Assembly: GCA_964637185.1 (NCBI GenBank)
Contig: CAZWVB010000002.1
Coordinates: 1,375 to 65,374, forward strand
Length of the DNA: 64,000 bases
Reading direction: 5' to 3'
From: an uncultured Candidatus Saccharibacteria bacterium
GTDB taxonomy: Bacteria; Patescibacteriota; Saccharimonadia; CAILAD01; BJGX01
The position numbers and the translations under genes were made by a program. This document shows, one piece after another, positions 48,896 through 59,023 of the stretch (positions are counted from its first letter, which is position 1; every line of letters starts with the position of its first letter). Under the pieces are notes generated by a model. It was not told the origin of the DNA. It saw nothing but the letters and a program-made list of their open reading frames with translations, and did no database searches.

Positions 48896-49711
48896 CTACT
48901 CGTGATAGTCGCGAAAAAGGGGTTTTACCTTGGCAATATCTGTCAGCAGATCTTTGTTGCTGTATTTGCGGCGCTCTATCTGTTGCCAGCCTGGTCCGTC
49001 ATTGCTAGGATCGGCCGGACTGACCGAATGCAGCCAGTTGAGATGGCTATCGAGCTGGCCACTCTCAGGATCTCGTCGGCTGTAGTGCAACACTTGGCAG
49101 TTAAATATCTTTACGCCTGGCTCCTTGGAAGACTCTAGCTCCATCCATCGGTTGATGGACAACCTCTCCAGCAGGAAGCGAAATCCCCACATCACCTCAC
49201 CATGACAGACTATTATTACATTTTTGTCACTGCATTCGCGGTGCAGCGTATCGAGTACGTTGCGCAGACGCAAGGTCATATGGGCGATTGATTCTCCATT
49301 GGGCGGTACCCAGTAGAACGAATCGGTATCACGATGCTTCATAAGCTGCTCGGACTTGGCTTGGCGCTCCTCCCAGCTCATGTTGTCCAGATCGCCCCAC
49401 TCGCGCTCGCGCAGCATGGGCTCCACAAACCAATCTGGGCCATGTAGATCCAACAACGCTGCCGTCTCTTTGGCTCGTATGTAATCTGATACGATGCGTC
49501 GATCAAACATAGCCATATCGTTAGCCTTGAGCCACTTGCCGGCAGCCTTGGCTTGCCCCTGGCCTTTGTGCGTGAGACGATGTCTGGAACTATGTCTGTC
49601 TTGGAACTCTTTGGTATAAAAACTCGGATCGCCTTCTTTCGACTTGTGAGAGGCTAAGTTCTGCTCACTCTGGCCGTGGCGCACCAGTACTAGATTGATC
49701 GGCATGGTCAT
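48896..49711 (-). CDS. Histidine phosphatase / phosphoglycerate mutase family
   Basis: LVRHGQS, SDYIRAKETA, LRER.WG, PNGES, IVCHG. Confidence 0.9.
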   Translation of the reverse strand: MTMPINLVLVRHGQSEQNLASHKSKEGDPSFYTKEFQDRHSSRHRLTHKGQGQAKAAGKWLKANDMAMFDRRIVSDYIRAKETAALLDLHGPDWFVEPMLREREWGDLDNMSWEERQAKSEQLMKHRDTDSFYWVPPNGESIAHMTLRLRNVLDTLHRECSDKNVIIVCHGEVMWGFRFLLERLSINRWMELESSKEPGVKIFNCQVLHYSRRDPESGQLDSHLNWLHSVSPADPSNDGPGWQQIERRKYSNKDLLTDIAKVKPLFRDYHE

Positions 49712-49770
49712 AACAATATTGTAGTTGACTGCTTAACAGATAGATAGTCAAGATATTTTACCCAATAACG

Positions 49771-49816
49771 AAAAAGACCCACGGAATACGAAACCGTGTG
49801 GTCTTTTCCGTGGGTC
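49771..49816 (-). terminator. Probable intrinsic terminator after gmk
   Basis: GACCCACGGAA/TTCCGTGGGTC stem with U-tract on the minus strand. Confidence 0.6.
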
Positions 49817-49845
49817 GATTGTCTGCTGCCAGCCCAGCTCGCTAC

Positions 49846-50406
49846 TTAGGCGCTCATTAGTGGCTCGATCAGGGCAATCAGCTCATGAGTGGCCTGCTCC
49901 AGGTCATTGTTGACAATCACCCTTGGCCAAATGGTAGTGAGGGCTGCGATCTCAGATGGTGCTGCCGCAAGTCGCTTCAGGGCTGCGGCCTTGTCTTCAC
50001 TACCTCGTCCTAGAAGCCGTTGCTCGACTACAGCCAACTGCTCCTCCAGATTGTTACCTGGCGGCAAGATCCCAACCAAGTAGGCATCTGGCTTCGCCGC
50101 CAACACCTGTTGTGCACCCTGGACCTCTATCTCAAGCAGGGTATGTCCTTCTTCGCGGTACCAAGAGCCGTAGAGGTTGCCGCCAAACTCTGCCCACTCG
50201 AGAAATTCGCCTCTCTCAACTGCCTGCATGAACTCATCGCGAGAGACATACTGGTAACGCTTGATACCATCGTCGTCGCCCACACGCCATTCCCGGGTAG
50301 TCCAGGAGAGACCGACTTGAAGCTCGGGAAATCGATCAAGAACTCTGCGAAGCAAGGTACCCTTACCCACACCAGATGGGCCCGACACTACTATCAGTAT
50401 GCTCAT
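49846..50406 (-). CDS. gmk: Guanylate kinase
   Basis: SGPSGVGKGT, SWTTR, FLEWAEF.GN.YG, LEIEVQGA, RGSE, IVNNDL. Confidence 0.93.
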   Translation of the reverse strand: MSILIVVSGPSGVGKGTLLRRVLDRFPELQVGLSWTTREWRVGDDDGIKRYQYVSRDEFMQAVERGEFLEWAEFGGNLYGSWYREEGHTLLEIEVQGAQQVLAAKPDAYLVGILPPGNNLEEQLAVVEQRLLGRGSEDKAAALKRLAAAPSEIAALTTIWPRVIVNNDLEQATHELIALIEPLMSA

Positions 50407-50477
50407 GATGCCGCCTTTGGTAGTGGTCTAGTTGAACTGGTGTACTTTACCACTCCTGTAGCCATCTAGCAAGTATC

Positions 50478-50499
50478 AAAAAAGACCCATTGCTGGGTC
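50478..50499 (-). terminator. Terminator downstream of tmRNA
   Basis: GACCCA/TGGGTC stem + U6 on the minus strand. Confidence 0.7.
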
Positions 50500-50504
50500 G
50501 CTTT

Positions 50505-50885
50505 TGGTGGAGCTGGAGGGAATCGCACCCTCGTCCACATGGCTAAGTCAGTACCGTCTACAAGCGTAGTCGCATCTAATTGGTTTGAGAAGCTAGTGGT
50601 ATCGAGAGATCCGACAAAAACAACCGCTCGCTTCCCCTATCTTTGGTCTTAGCTTGGTCATGAAGGGGCTAACCAAGAGCAATCAGATAAATGACGCGTC
50701 ATACCCCATCTGATGTCAGGTAGTCAGCGGCTTACGACAATTAAGCGTAGGCTGGTGCAAGACTAGAGTTAACTAGGTTGCGCATAAGTGATTTGGCACT
50801 TATAGATTGGTGAGCCAGCTAACGTGTAGCTCAACCCGGCTTGCTAGTACTGTCAAAGATCCACATGTCGAAGCTAATCAGCCCC
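50505..50885 (-). ncRNA. ssrA: tmRNA
   Basis: 5' GGGGCTGA..GCTTCGAC; 3' GGACGAGGGTGCGATTCCCTCCAGCTCCACCA. Tag frame 50797-50741 encodes AKSLMRNLVNSSLAPAYA*. smpB is in the same window. Confidence 0.95.
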
Positions 50886-50894
50886 AATATCTAG

Positions 50895-50923
50895 ATTATA
50901 CAATAACTTGGTATATTTTGCAA
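50895..50923 (-). promoter_or_regulatory. tmRNA promoter
   Basis: TTGCAA-17-TATAAT with TG extension. Confidence 0.75.
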
Positions 50924-50970
50924 TTATTTGGTTATTTAAGGTATAAAAGCTAAAATATACCTGTAGTAAT

Positions 50971-51993
50971 ATGAAGTCTTTATCTGTCAATGTAATATCC
51001 GAGAGCGTTTTTACCGTGCAGGGGCACGGTGTACACACCGCCTATGTGGAACACGTAAGAGCCTTGCGCAGCATACCCAATATAAAAGTTGCCGTCAATA
51101 AATCAGATGGTAAGTACGATATCGTTCATATCCACACTACCGGGCTATACGCGCTCAAATTCTTATTGGCCAAAGGAACCCCAAAGGTAGTGTCGGCACA
51201 TATTCTACCAGCGTCTCTAGTCGGTAGCTTTGTTGGGGCCAAATACTGGAGCCCGCTAGCCAAACGTTATCTTAGGTGGTTTTACAATCAAGCTGATACT
51301 GTTCTGGCCGTCAGCCAAGACGTCAGCCGCGAACTAACCAGACTAGGTGTTACCAAGCCGGTAGTTGCAATACCAAACATGATAGATACCGCACGATTCC
51401 GGCAGACAAATCACGCTAGTAAAAAGCTTCGAGACAGTCTTGGTATAGATTCAAAGGCCTTCGTAGTGATAACCATAGGCCAAATTCAACCACGTAAAGG
51501 TCTCAATACATTTCTAAGTGTGGCCAAAAGGCTTCCAGATATAACATTTGTTTGGGTTGGCGGGATGCCGTTCAAACAGCTCGGTGCGGCCAAACATAAG
51601 CTGACCAAGACAATGCAATCTGCACCCAAAAACGTAATTTTTACAGGAATAGTAAGTTTGGATGATATGCCGGCGTACTATCAAATAGCTGATGTCTTCT
51701 TTTTGCCATCACTACAGGAAACTTTTGGTATAGTAGTAGTAGAAGCTGCCGCTTCAAAACTCCCTATCGTGCTCAGAGACTTGGCAGTTTATAAAGATGC
51801 ATTTGGTAGTACTTACCTGAAAGGTAGCAACGTTGTAGAATTCACAAAACTTATTAAAAGACTCTCAAAAGATAGGGATTTCTACTTGAAGTCACAAAAA
51901 GCCAGTGCGGCAGTAAGTAAAATGTATGATGTCAAAACCGTGATAAAAGATATAGTAACCATTTACCAATCACTAGATAGAGATAAATCATGA
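50971..51993 (+). CDS. GT4 glycosyltransferase (CpoA/diglycosyl-DAG synthase-like)
   Basis: VQGHGVHTAY, SAH.LP.SLVGS, YL.WFYN, GQIQPRKG, FVWVGG, ETFG..VVEAA, LRDL.VY. Confidence 0.85.
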   Translation: MKSLSVNVISESVFTVQGHGVHTAYVEHVRALRSIPNIKVAVNKSDGKYDIVHIHTTGLYALKFLLAKGTPKVVSAHILPASLVGSFVGAKYWSPLAKRYLRWFYNQADTVLAVSQDVSRELTRLGVTKPVVAIPNMIDTARFRQTNHASKKLRDSLGIDSKAFVVITIGQIQPRKGLNTFLSVAKRLPDITFVWVGGMPFKQLGAAKHKLTKTMQSAPKNVIFTGIVSLDDMPAYYQIADVFFLPSLQETFGIVVVEAAASKLPIVLRDLAVYKDAFGSTYLKGSNVVEFTKLIKRLSKDRDFYLKSQKASAAVSKMYDVKTVIKDIVTIYQSLDRDKS

Positions 51994-53219
51994 AAATTGG
52001 TTTTTTTACAGATCGCTACTACCCACAAACTGACGGCGTTGCGGTGTCAGTAGATCTTTTTGCCAAAGCCTTGCACCAGATGGGTCACGAAGTGATAATA
52101 TTTTGTCCTCAAGGACCAGAGAAATTACCAAACGAGCCTACCAATATAGTACGCTTCCGCTCGGCGCCTAGTATTTGGTATGAAGACTATCGAGACACTT
52201 TTCCTTTTACACCACTTAGTTTGCGCAAAGCCAAATCATATGAGCTTGATATCGTACATGTACACACTCCAGGAATGATAGGTATGCTAGGTATCAGAAT
52301 AGCTCGTGAATATGGGCTACCACTAGTAGCAACACATCACACCGACATAGAACAATACATCAAGGTATACAAACGTATCATGGCCGGCTTTGTGGCAGTG
52401 TTGTTCTTGGCTCCGGCCCTGATGAAAGCATCCAAAGCTTACCCAGAATCGCTACGAAGCCTCAAACCCCAGCGTTCAGCTAGAAGCTGGAATAGACATG
52501 TTATCCGGCACAATGTGAAGTTATTCTATGATTTTTGCGATGTAGTGATTGCGCCCTCTCCCAAAATTGCAACCTTGCTACATGGGTATGGCTTGTCGAG
52601 CCCGGTCGAGGTATTACCTACAGGGATTGATACTACTGAGAATATACCTGACTGGGATATGCGCAAGCATCTCAAACTCAACAAAGACGACCTGATCTTG
52701 GTATATGTCGGCCGGCTGGGTGAAGAAAAAAACCTCAGCTTGACTATATCTGCGCTACCAGCGGTAATCAAAACTATACCAAACACCCATCTGGTACTTG
52801 TTGGAGATGGCCCATATTCTGGAGAGCTGAAACAACTCACCAATGATTTGGCGCTAGACGAACATGTGCATATGCTAGGTATGTTGCCACACGCTAAGGC
52901 ACTAGCTGCTATGAAGGCCTCAGATATTTTTGTTTTCCCTTCTACTACCGACACCCAGGGACTTGTACTCAACGAAGCTGCCTGGGTCGGGTTGCCTCTG
53001 ATTTGGTGCGACGATAATATCTCTACAGTGACAACCAATCATCGTACAGGCCTGCTATCCGATTCTAATAGAAATGATCTGGCGAAGAACATATTGTATC
53101 TAGCACAACATCATAACCTAAGAGAGCAAATGTCTTCCGAGAGCCACCAAGCTGCTCAAAAAATTACTATTAAAGAGCAAGCAGAAAAGCTTCTGACAAT
53201 ATATAGCAAGCTTAGATAG
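51990..53219 (+). CDS. GT4 glycosyltransferase (1,2-diacylglycerol 3-glucosyltransferase-like)
   Basis: MKIGFFTD.YYPQ.DGV, HVHTP, VIAPS, PTGID, VGRLG.EKN, TDTQGLV..EA. Confidence 0.85.
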   Translation: MKIGFFTDRYYPQTDGVAVSVDLFAKALHQMGHEVIIFCPQGPEKLPNEPTNIVRFRSAPSIWYEDYRDTFPFTPLSLRKAKSYELDIVHVHTPGMIGMLGIRIAREYGLPLVATHHTDIEQYIKVYKRIMAGFVAVLFLAPALMKASKAYPESLRSLKPQRSARSWNRHVIRHNVKLFYDFCDVVIAPSPKIATLLHGYGLSSPVEVLPTGIDTTENIPDWDMRKHLKLNKDDLILVYVGRLGEEKNLSLTISALPAVIKTIPNTHLVLVGDGPYSGELKQLTNDLALDEHVHMLGMLPHAKALAAMKASDIFVFPSTTDTQGLVLNEAAWVGLPLIWCDDNISTVTTNHRTGLLSDSNRNDLAKNILYLAQHHNLREQMSSESHQAAQKITIKEQAEKLLTIYSKLR

Positions 53220-53227
53220 TGAATCCG

Positions 53228-53977
53228 TTAACGAACTTGCTCCCAGTGCTTTGAGTGAGCCTTCTTCCGAAATACCACCGAGACATTGTTGAGATTCCAC
53301 TGCCAAAGTGTTTTTAGGTAGCCTTGTTTGCGAAACCGTCGTGGGGACTCGAAAACCACCAAATTCCGATCAAAACTGATGTGCCCAATCTGCTTTAGTC
53401 GCCGATAAAGCTCAGTGTCTTCTCCTGCAACAAGATTCGATCGATAGCCACCAATCGCTTCAAAGCTGGATTTGCGGATAATTTGGCACTCTCCCCTGCC
53501 TGCAGCAATATGAAGTTTCGTTGCCACACCAAAGCCCAAATTGATCAATCCATGGAAGAATCTATCTTTTCTGGTTTGCTCTGCAATATCTGTGTTGACT
53601 TTGCAAGCTATGGCCACCAATCGATCGTCAACCTCAAAACCATCAATAATAGTGGTGATAAAGTGCGCCGGATCGCGCAATCTTACATCGGCGTCCAAAA
53701 ACAGTAATACTTTGCCGCTCGCTTTGGCTGCACCAAGATTTCGACCTAGTGCAATCGTTTGCCGAACCCCAGGGTCTGCTTCGAGCACAAGGTCCGCCTT
53801 GTTTTTGGCAATTTTAAGGGTGTTGTCATTGCTACCACCATCGCTTACTATGATCTGTAAATGATGATGCTTATAAAGATCCAGGCCATTAAATTGTGCC
53901 AAAGCCCCACCAATCACTTTCTCTTCATTGAGAGTTGGTATGATTATCGATACTGCTATTGAGTGCTCTTTGCCCAT
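53228..53977 (-). CDS. Glycosyltransferase family 2
   Basis: SIIIPTLNEE, SDGGS.D, FLDAD, GEDTE, SPRRF. Confidence 0.9.
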   Translation of the reverse strand: MGKEHSIAVSIIIPTLNEEKVIGGALAQFNGLDLYKHHHLQIIVSDGGSNDNTLKIAKNKADLVLEADPGVRQTIALGRNLGAAKASGKVLLFLDADVRLRDPAHFITTIIDGFEVDDRLVAIACKVNTDIAEQTRKDRFFHGLINLGFGVATKLHIAAGRGECQIIRKSSFEAIGGYRSNLVAGEDTELYRRLKQIGHISFDRNLVVFESPRRFRKQGYLKTLWQWNLNNVSVVFRKKAHSKHWEQVR

Positions 53978-54033
53978 AGTTAGTATGCTAGCAGTATCGC
54001 CACCTAGATTGCAAAGCGCTATACTATTAGCTG

Positions 54034-55140
54034 ATGGCAAAAAAGATACTTATATTGAGTTCGATATATGGTCATGGGCACATTGCAACAGCCAAAGCTG
54101 TTGAATCGGCCCTGCTGGCCATAGATGAGGCCCTCGAAGTAGATATTATTGATTTTGGTGAAGTTCTGGGCTCCGATTTCAACAAAACTACCAAAAAAAC
54201 ATATGATAACTGGTCCAAGTATTCGCCTATCTTTTATCAGATTTTTTTCGAAGCCACTGATCGACCATCTGTGGTTAAGGCTCTCAATAAGATCGGTTAT
54301 CGTATCAACAAACAAAGGCTAGAGACATTTTTCAAATCCAAGGAGGCCGACTTGATACTTATCAATGCTCCAGGCTGGGTGTACACAGCTAGTCTAGTGA
54401 GTAAAAACATTATCAGCGGCGCGCCAGTAGTTACTTTGGTGACAGATACAATCTCGCTACACACATCGTGGACAATCGGCAATGTCGATCAATACTTAGT
54501 GCCCAACGAAGATAGCGCTGCAGTACTCCATAGTATGGGTGTAGCGCACTCCAAACTTCATAGTTTTGGCTATCCTGTCGACCAAAGAATATTTGATCCA
54601 GGCTTTGAAAGTATCAAATTCATGCATAAGCACGGCATCAACAGCGGCCAAAAAAATTTCCTTTACTTACCTGCTAGTGATAGTAGTTTGACAGCTCAAC
54701 GCCAAATCCGTCGTCTCAACCGCCTCTACCCTGACTGGGGGATTGTCGTAGTCTGCGGCCGCAATCAAGCCTTGTATAAGTCACTTAAAAAATCCAGTGG
54801 CCAATATAAAAGCCATATATTTGGCTGGACCGATGAGTGGCCTTACTTCATACGTTCTAGCGACATAGTCATCACCAAAGCTGGTGGCTCGACTGTCATG
54901 GAGTGTATTAGTGCGGGCAAGCCTCAGATTATCACCAAGATAATACCCGGACAAGAAGAAGGCAACGCGCTATATGTACAAAAAAACCAGCTTGGTGAAA
55001 TTTGCCTCAATGGTAAATACCTTGGAGATTCTATCGCAAAGATTATAACTGATTACGACGGCTACACAACTCGATGCAAATCAGTTACCAACCCAGATGT
55101 TAATCAACAGATAGCTGATTTTTTACTAAGTTTGATGTAG
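54034..55140 (+). CDS. MGDG synthase / UgtP-like GT28 diacylglycerol glycosyltransferase
   Basis: YGHGH, VTD..LH.SW, GYPV, VCGRN, ITKAGG.T..E, IPGQEEGN. Confidence 0.88.
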   Translation: MAKKILILSSIYGHGHIATAKAVESALLAIDEALEVDIIDFGEVLGSDFNKTTKKTYDNWSKYSPIFYQIFFEATDRPSVVKALNKIGYRINKQRLETFFKSKEADLILINAPGWVYTASLVSKNIISGAPVVTLVTDTISLHTSWTIGNVDQYLVPNEDSAAVLHSMGVAHSKLHSFGYPVDQRIFDPGFESIKFMHKHGINSGQKNFLYLPASDSSLTAQRQIRRLNRLYPDWGIVVVCGRNQALYKSLKKSSGQYKSHIFGWTDEWPYFIRSSDIVITKAGGSTVMECISAGKPQIITKIIPGQEEGNALYVQKNQLGEICLNGKYLGDSIAKIITDYDGYTTRCKSVTNPDVNQQIADFLLSLM

Positions 55141-55177
55141 AGGACAACGACAACTTGGTTATGCTAACATAATAGTT

Positions 55178-56236
55178 ATGACTGGACGGCAGATGAAACC
55201 ACCGGTGCACGCCTCGCGCATGCACCAAAATCTTAGTCATCGCATAGATGATCAAGGCATAACGGCTCCTGTGCATATCACCCCACAGCACCAGGGTATC
55301 AAACTTGATATATCGGATGTCGAGACAGAGCTGCGGCGTGACTATCTGCATAATTACTACGTCATCATCTCCCCCAACCGTGCACGCAGGCCATTTGACA
55401 CCACCACCGAAGAACGTCATCTGGTCGAAACACTACACTCGCCAAAGTTAGACGACCAACCAAGTGTATTTAGCATAGACGACGATCATCACAATTGGCT
55501 TGTTAAGGTAGTAAGTAACAAATACCCGTCACTGACGCCTATGAATCCCCAGGCTTATGGCATGCAAGAGATCATCATTGATACACCTTTGAGCAACAGA
55601 GCATTGGCTAGTCTATCTACCCAACAAATATCTAAGGTATTAGCAGCATTTTCAGCCCGGATAGCTAGTCTAAGCAAGCAAGATGCGATTGAATATGTCA
55701 TTGGCTTCCACAATGATGGTTATAGTGCCGGTGCGAGCCTTGCACATGCACACAGCCAGATCATGGCACTGCCGCTAGTGCCGCCCAAGATCCAGGCTGA
55801 AGCCAATAGTGTCGAAGATTACTTTACCGAAAAGAAAAGCGATCCATATGAAGACATCATCAACTACGAACAAAGCGCCGACAAACGCATTATCGAGGAG
55901 ACTGACAATTTCATCAGCTTTTGCCCATTTGCACCACGTTGGCCATTTGAAGTCTGGATTATGCCCAAACGCGCTGCGGTCTCAATTACCGAATTTTATG
56001 CTGATGAGCTCAATACTCTGGCCAATATGCTCAAAAATGTCATTGGAAAGCTTTGCCGCCACAACCTCAGCTATAATTTTTACCTAGAAGAAGGTGTCTC
56101 ACCACATCATCGCTTTGTACTCAAGATATGTGGTCGCACTGGTATCTGGGGCGGTTTTGAAGTCGGTACAGACATCATCATCAACTCGGTAGCACCAGAA
56201 AGTGCTGCCAAATGGTACCGCGATGTAAGTAGATAA
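55178..56236 (+). CDS. galT: Galactose-1-phosphate uridylyltransferase family protein
   Basis: ELRRD, RARRP, NKYP, GASLAHAHSQ, GGFE.G....N...PE. Start uncertain. Confidence 0.8.
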   Translation: MTGRQMKPPVHASRMHQNLSHRIDDQGITAPVHITPQHQGIKLDISDVETELRRDYLHNYYVIISPNRARRPFDTTTEERHLVETLHSPKLDDQPSVFSIDDDHHNWLVKVVSNKYPSLTPMNPQAYGMQEIIIDTPLSNRALASLSTQQISKVLAAFSARIASLSKQDAIEYVIGFHNDGYSAGASLAHAHSQIMALPLVPPKIQAEANSVEDYFTEKKSDPYEDIINYEQSADKRIIEETDNFISFCPFAPRWPFEVWIMPKRAAVSITEFYADELNTLANMLKNVIGKLCRHNLSYNFYLEEGVSPHHRFVLKICGRTGIWGGFEVGTDIIINSVAPESAAKWYRDVSR

Positions 56237-56319
56237 AAAAGTTATTTTAGTAAAAAATAAACCATTATGCTTGATTTTCGTATTTTGTTTGTATATTCTT
56301 GATTTTATTAGGGGGAACA

Positions 56320-57843
56320 ATGTTAGCTCAAACAACTTCACTAGCTCATGTCGGACTCAGCTCAGAACTTATCAATATCGAGGCCGACATCTCCAATGGC
56401 TTACCTGCCTTCGTGATAGTTGGACTTGGCTCCAAAGCGATTGATGAAGCGAAAGAAAGAATCCGATCTAGCCTAAAGAATTCTGGCCTAGGGCTGCCGG
56501 CTCGCCGCATCACACTCAACCTAGCACCTGCTGATCTACCCAAAAACAGTAGTGGTTTTGACTTGGGTATGGCGGTAGCACTGTTGGCTGCCTCGGCACA
56601 GATTCCAAAACCGTCAGCAAAGCAAGCATTTTTTGGCGAGCTAGGTCTGGATGGTTCGGTACGGCCTACCAACCAAACTCTAGCTGTGGCTATTGGCTGC
56701 CAACAGCAAGGCATAGAGGAGATTTTCGTATCAGCACATGACGCACTTACAGCCAGCTTCGTGCGAGGGCTGAGAGTAATACCAATCAAATCACTCAAAC
56801 AACTTTTCCAACATCTAGTCGGCGATAAGGCTATCTCACCATTGGCCCACAGCCATCAAGACACTGCCTCAACACCAATTGTAGACATGGCAGACATATA
56901 CGGTCAGGAGAACGCCAAAAGGGCTTTGGAAATAGCTGCCAGTGGAAATCACAATATACTTTTATCAGGCACTCCCGGATCTGGTAAAACCATGTTAGCT
57001 AAAGCCTTGAGTGGCATACTACCTCGCCCAAGTTACGCTGAGCAGATCGAAATTACGCGGATTCATAGTCTAGCGCACGCCACATCCGACCAACTTATGT
57101 GCCAACGGCCATTTCGCTCACCACACCACACCAGTAGTGACATTGCTTTGATTGGTGGTGGCCAATGGCCAAAACCCGGTGAGATCAGTCTTGCACACCG
57201 CGGTGTATTGTTTCTAGATGAGTTTCCTGAGTTTCCGCGCCACGTATTGGAAGTACTACGACAACCACTGGAGGATGGTACTGTCAGTATAGCAAGAGCC
57301 AATGCCAGCCTAGAGTTTCCAGCCAACTTCTTACTAATTGCCGCCCAGAACCCTTGTCCATGCGGATACTATGGCGATGACAAGGTTAGCTGCTGCTGCA
57401 GCTTGAGCCAGATACAGCGCTATCAACACAAAATCTCCGGCCCCCTTCTTGATAGAATTGATTTGCATATCAATGTTGGGCGGGTTGATCAGACCGAATT
57501 GATGCAAAAAGACACCTTGGCGGGTACTTCCGACACCATACGCCAAAGAGTTGAGAAAACCCGAGCCGTACAGGCCGAGCGTTTTTGTGGCTCTAGTATT
57601 TACACCAACAGCCAGATGTCCAATCAAGATATAGCAGCCCATTGCAGCGTATCTGACTCATCACAGATACTTTTGCAACAAGCCACTGGTTCTTTGAACC
57701 TAAGCCCACGCTCATATATGAGATTACTTAAGGTAGCGCGCACTATTGCCGATATGTCTGGATCAAAAATGATAGCCGAAGAGCACATCGCAGAGGCGCT
57801 ACAATACCGTCATATTACGAGCCGACCCGCAGTAGCCGTGTAA
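56320..57843 (+). CDS. comM: ComM/YifB Mg-chelatase-like AAA+ ATPase
   Basis: GLP.F.IVGL, NLAPADLPK, G.PGSGKT, RPFRSPHH, LFLDE, NPCPCG, SGPLLDRID. Confidence 0.93.
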   Translation: MLAQTTSLAHVGLSSELINIEADISNGLPAFVIVGLGSKAIDEAKERIRSSLKNSGLGLPARRITLNLAPADLPKNSSGFDLGMAVALLAASAQIPKPSAKQAFFGELGLDGSVRPTNQTLAVAIGCQQQGIEEIFVSAHDALTASFVRGLRVIPIKSLKQLFQHLVGDKAISPLAHSHQDTASTPIVDMADIYGQENAKRALEIAASGNHNILLSGTPGSGKTMLAKALSGILPRPSYAEQIEITRIHSLAHATSDQLMCQRPFRSPHHTSSDIALIGGGQWPKPGEISLAHRGVLFLDEFPEFPRHVLEVLRQPLEDGTVSIARANASLEFPANFLLIAAQNPCPCGYYGDDKVSCCCSLSQIQRYQHKISGPLLDRIDLHINVGRVDQTELMQKDTLAGTSDTIRQRVEKTRAVQAERFCGSSIYTNSQMSNQDIAAHCSVSDSSQILLQQATGSLNLSPRSYMRLLKVARTIADMSGSKMIAEEHIAEALQYRHITSRPAVAV

Positions 57844-58114
57844 CAGAGTTTATTATTTCAGATCGTTGTAGTACAAAATACATTATTGTATAAAATACCA
57901 CTATTACGAAGCTCAACTTAATTGTCTTGCGGATGTCCCCCAACACCAACTTTGTTTCGTTGCTATATTCAATGTTGTCGCTGGCTTTTTTGTCAGTTTG
58001 GCTTGCTACCGTTGTTATCTTACTTTGCGCTGATGACTTTTTTGTACTTGATTTGGTTGCTTTAGAATTGGAGGTAGAATTGCGGCGCTGCCTCCGAGAT
58101 TTTTTCTTGGACAT
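57815..58114 (-). CDS. Small basic protein with C-terminal TM, hypothetical
   Basis: SD GGGGAG, K/S-rich N-terminus, one hydrophobic helix. Confidence 0.6.
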   Translation of the reverse strand: MSKKKSRRQRRNSTSNSKATKSSTKKSSAQSKITTVASQTDKKASDNIEYSNETKLVLGDIRKTIKLSFVIVVFYTIMYFVLQRSEIINSVTRLLRVGS

Positions 58115-58194
58115 AGCTCTCCCCTTTATGCAGATATATTATCAGAAGATACTCATGGTTGCCAAGCTGAAACCAAGCTACATATAATGATGAC

Positions 58195-58647
58195 ATGATT
58201 CTAATTGTGATATTTGTAATAATACTAGCCGCCGCAGTTGGGTTCAATCAATGGCAGCTATGGCGCCTGCAGCAGAAGTACGCCAGTTTTTTGAAAGGTT
58301 CAAATGCCCAGAATATTGAAGACATCATCAAGACATACACTGGCCAGATCGACGATGCTCAAACCAAGATTGATGAGATCGCAGAGTTTTGTGCCAAGAT
58401 GATCAAATACCAACAACTAGCAATCTCACATGTCGGCCTAGTACGTTTCAATCCTTTTGGTGACACCGGTGGCAACCAAAGCTTTTGCCTGGCCCTGCTG
58501 GACAGTGACGATACTGGAGTAGTAATTTCAAGCGTTCACGGGCGCAACACTACTAGGGTTTATGCCAAAGCAATCAACTCCGGCAAAAGCAAATACAACT
58601 TATCCCAGGAAGAAAATCAGGCAATAGAACAGGCTATCAATGGCTAG
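58195..58647 (+). CDS. DUF4446 family membrane protein
   Basis: N-terminal TM, VRFNPF.DTGGNQSF..ALLD, R.YAK, LS.EE. Confidence 0.85.
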   Translation: MILIVIFVIILAAAVGFNQWQLWRLQQKYASFLKGSNAQNIEDIIKTYTGQIDDAQTKIDEIAEFCAKMIKYQQLAISHVGLVRFNPFGDTGGNQSFCLALLDSDDTGVVISSVHGRNTTRVYAKAINSGKSKYNLSQEENQAIEQAING

Positions 58648-59023
58648 GCTATGGCCAAGCATCAAAAAGCGCAGCCAAAGTGACACCATCGACCTATCGG
58701 CCAACGAGATGGTGATAGCATCTGGTGTCATTGCCAATGGCACGATAGAGACAGATCGAGATATATTTATAGATGGTAATTATCGCGGCGACATCAAAAC
58801 GCTTGGGTATATCAAACTTGGTACTAACTGCAGCGTGGAAGGCAAACTAAGCTCACGTGCCATTAGGCTACAAGGGCATGTCAAAGGCGAGCTTACGGCA
58901 GACACGGAGATAGTAATAGATGGGGGTAGTGAGTTAGATGGCACTGCAGAGGCCAACAGTATAGAGATCAATAAAGACGCAGCGGTCAATGCCAAGATTA
59001 TCACCAGGACTGATAAGACATGA
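58640..59023 (+). CDS. Bactofilin (polymer-forming cytoskeletal protein)
   Basis: Repeating (I/V)xG(x)I/L beta-helix pattern: IFIDG.YRGDI, VEGKL, VKGEL, LDGTA. Confidence 0.85.
   Translation: MARLWPSIKKRSQSDTIDLSANEMVIASGVIANGTIETDRDIFIDGNYRGDIKTLGYIKLGTNCSVEGKLSSRAIRLQGHVKGELTADTEIVIDGGSELDGTAEANSIEINKDAAVNAKIITRTDKT

Noticed and set aside
46750-50500. Island integrated at the tmRNA 3' end, or integron cassettes (GTTAGAC near 46779)
   Set aside because: No integrase, no duplicated tmRNA 3' end, and no single attC-type palindrome with matching core sites. GTTAGAC overlaps a likely -10 box (TAGACT).
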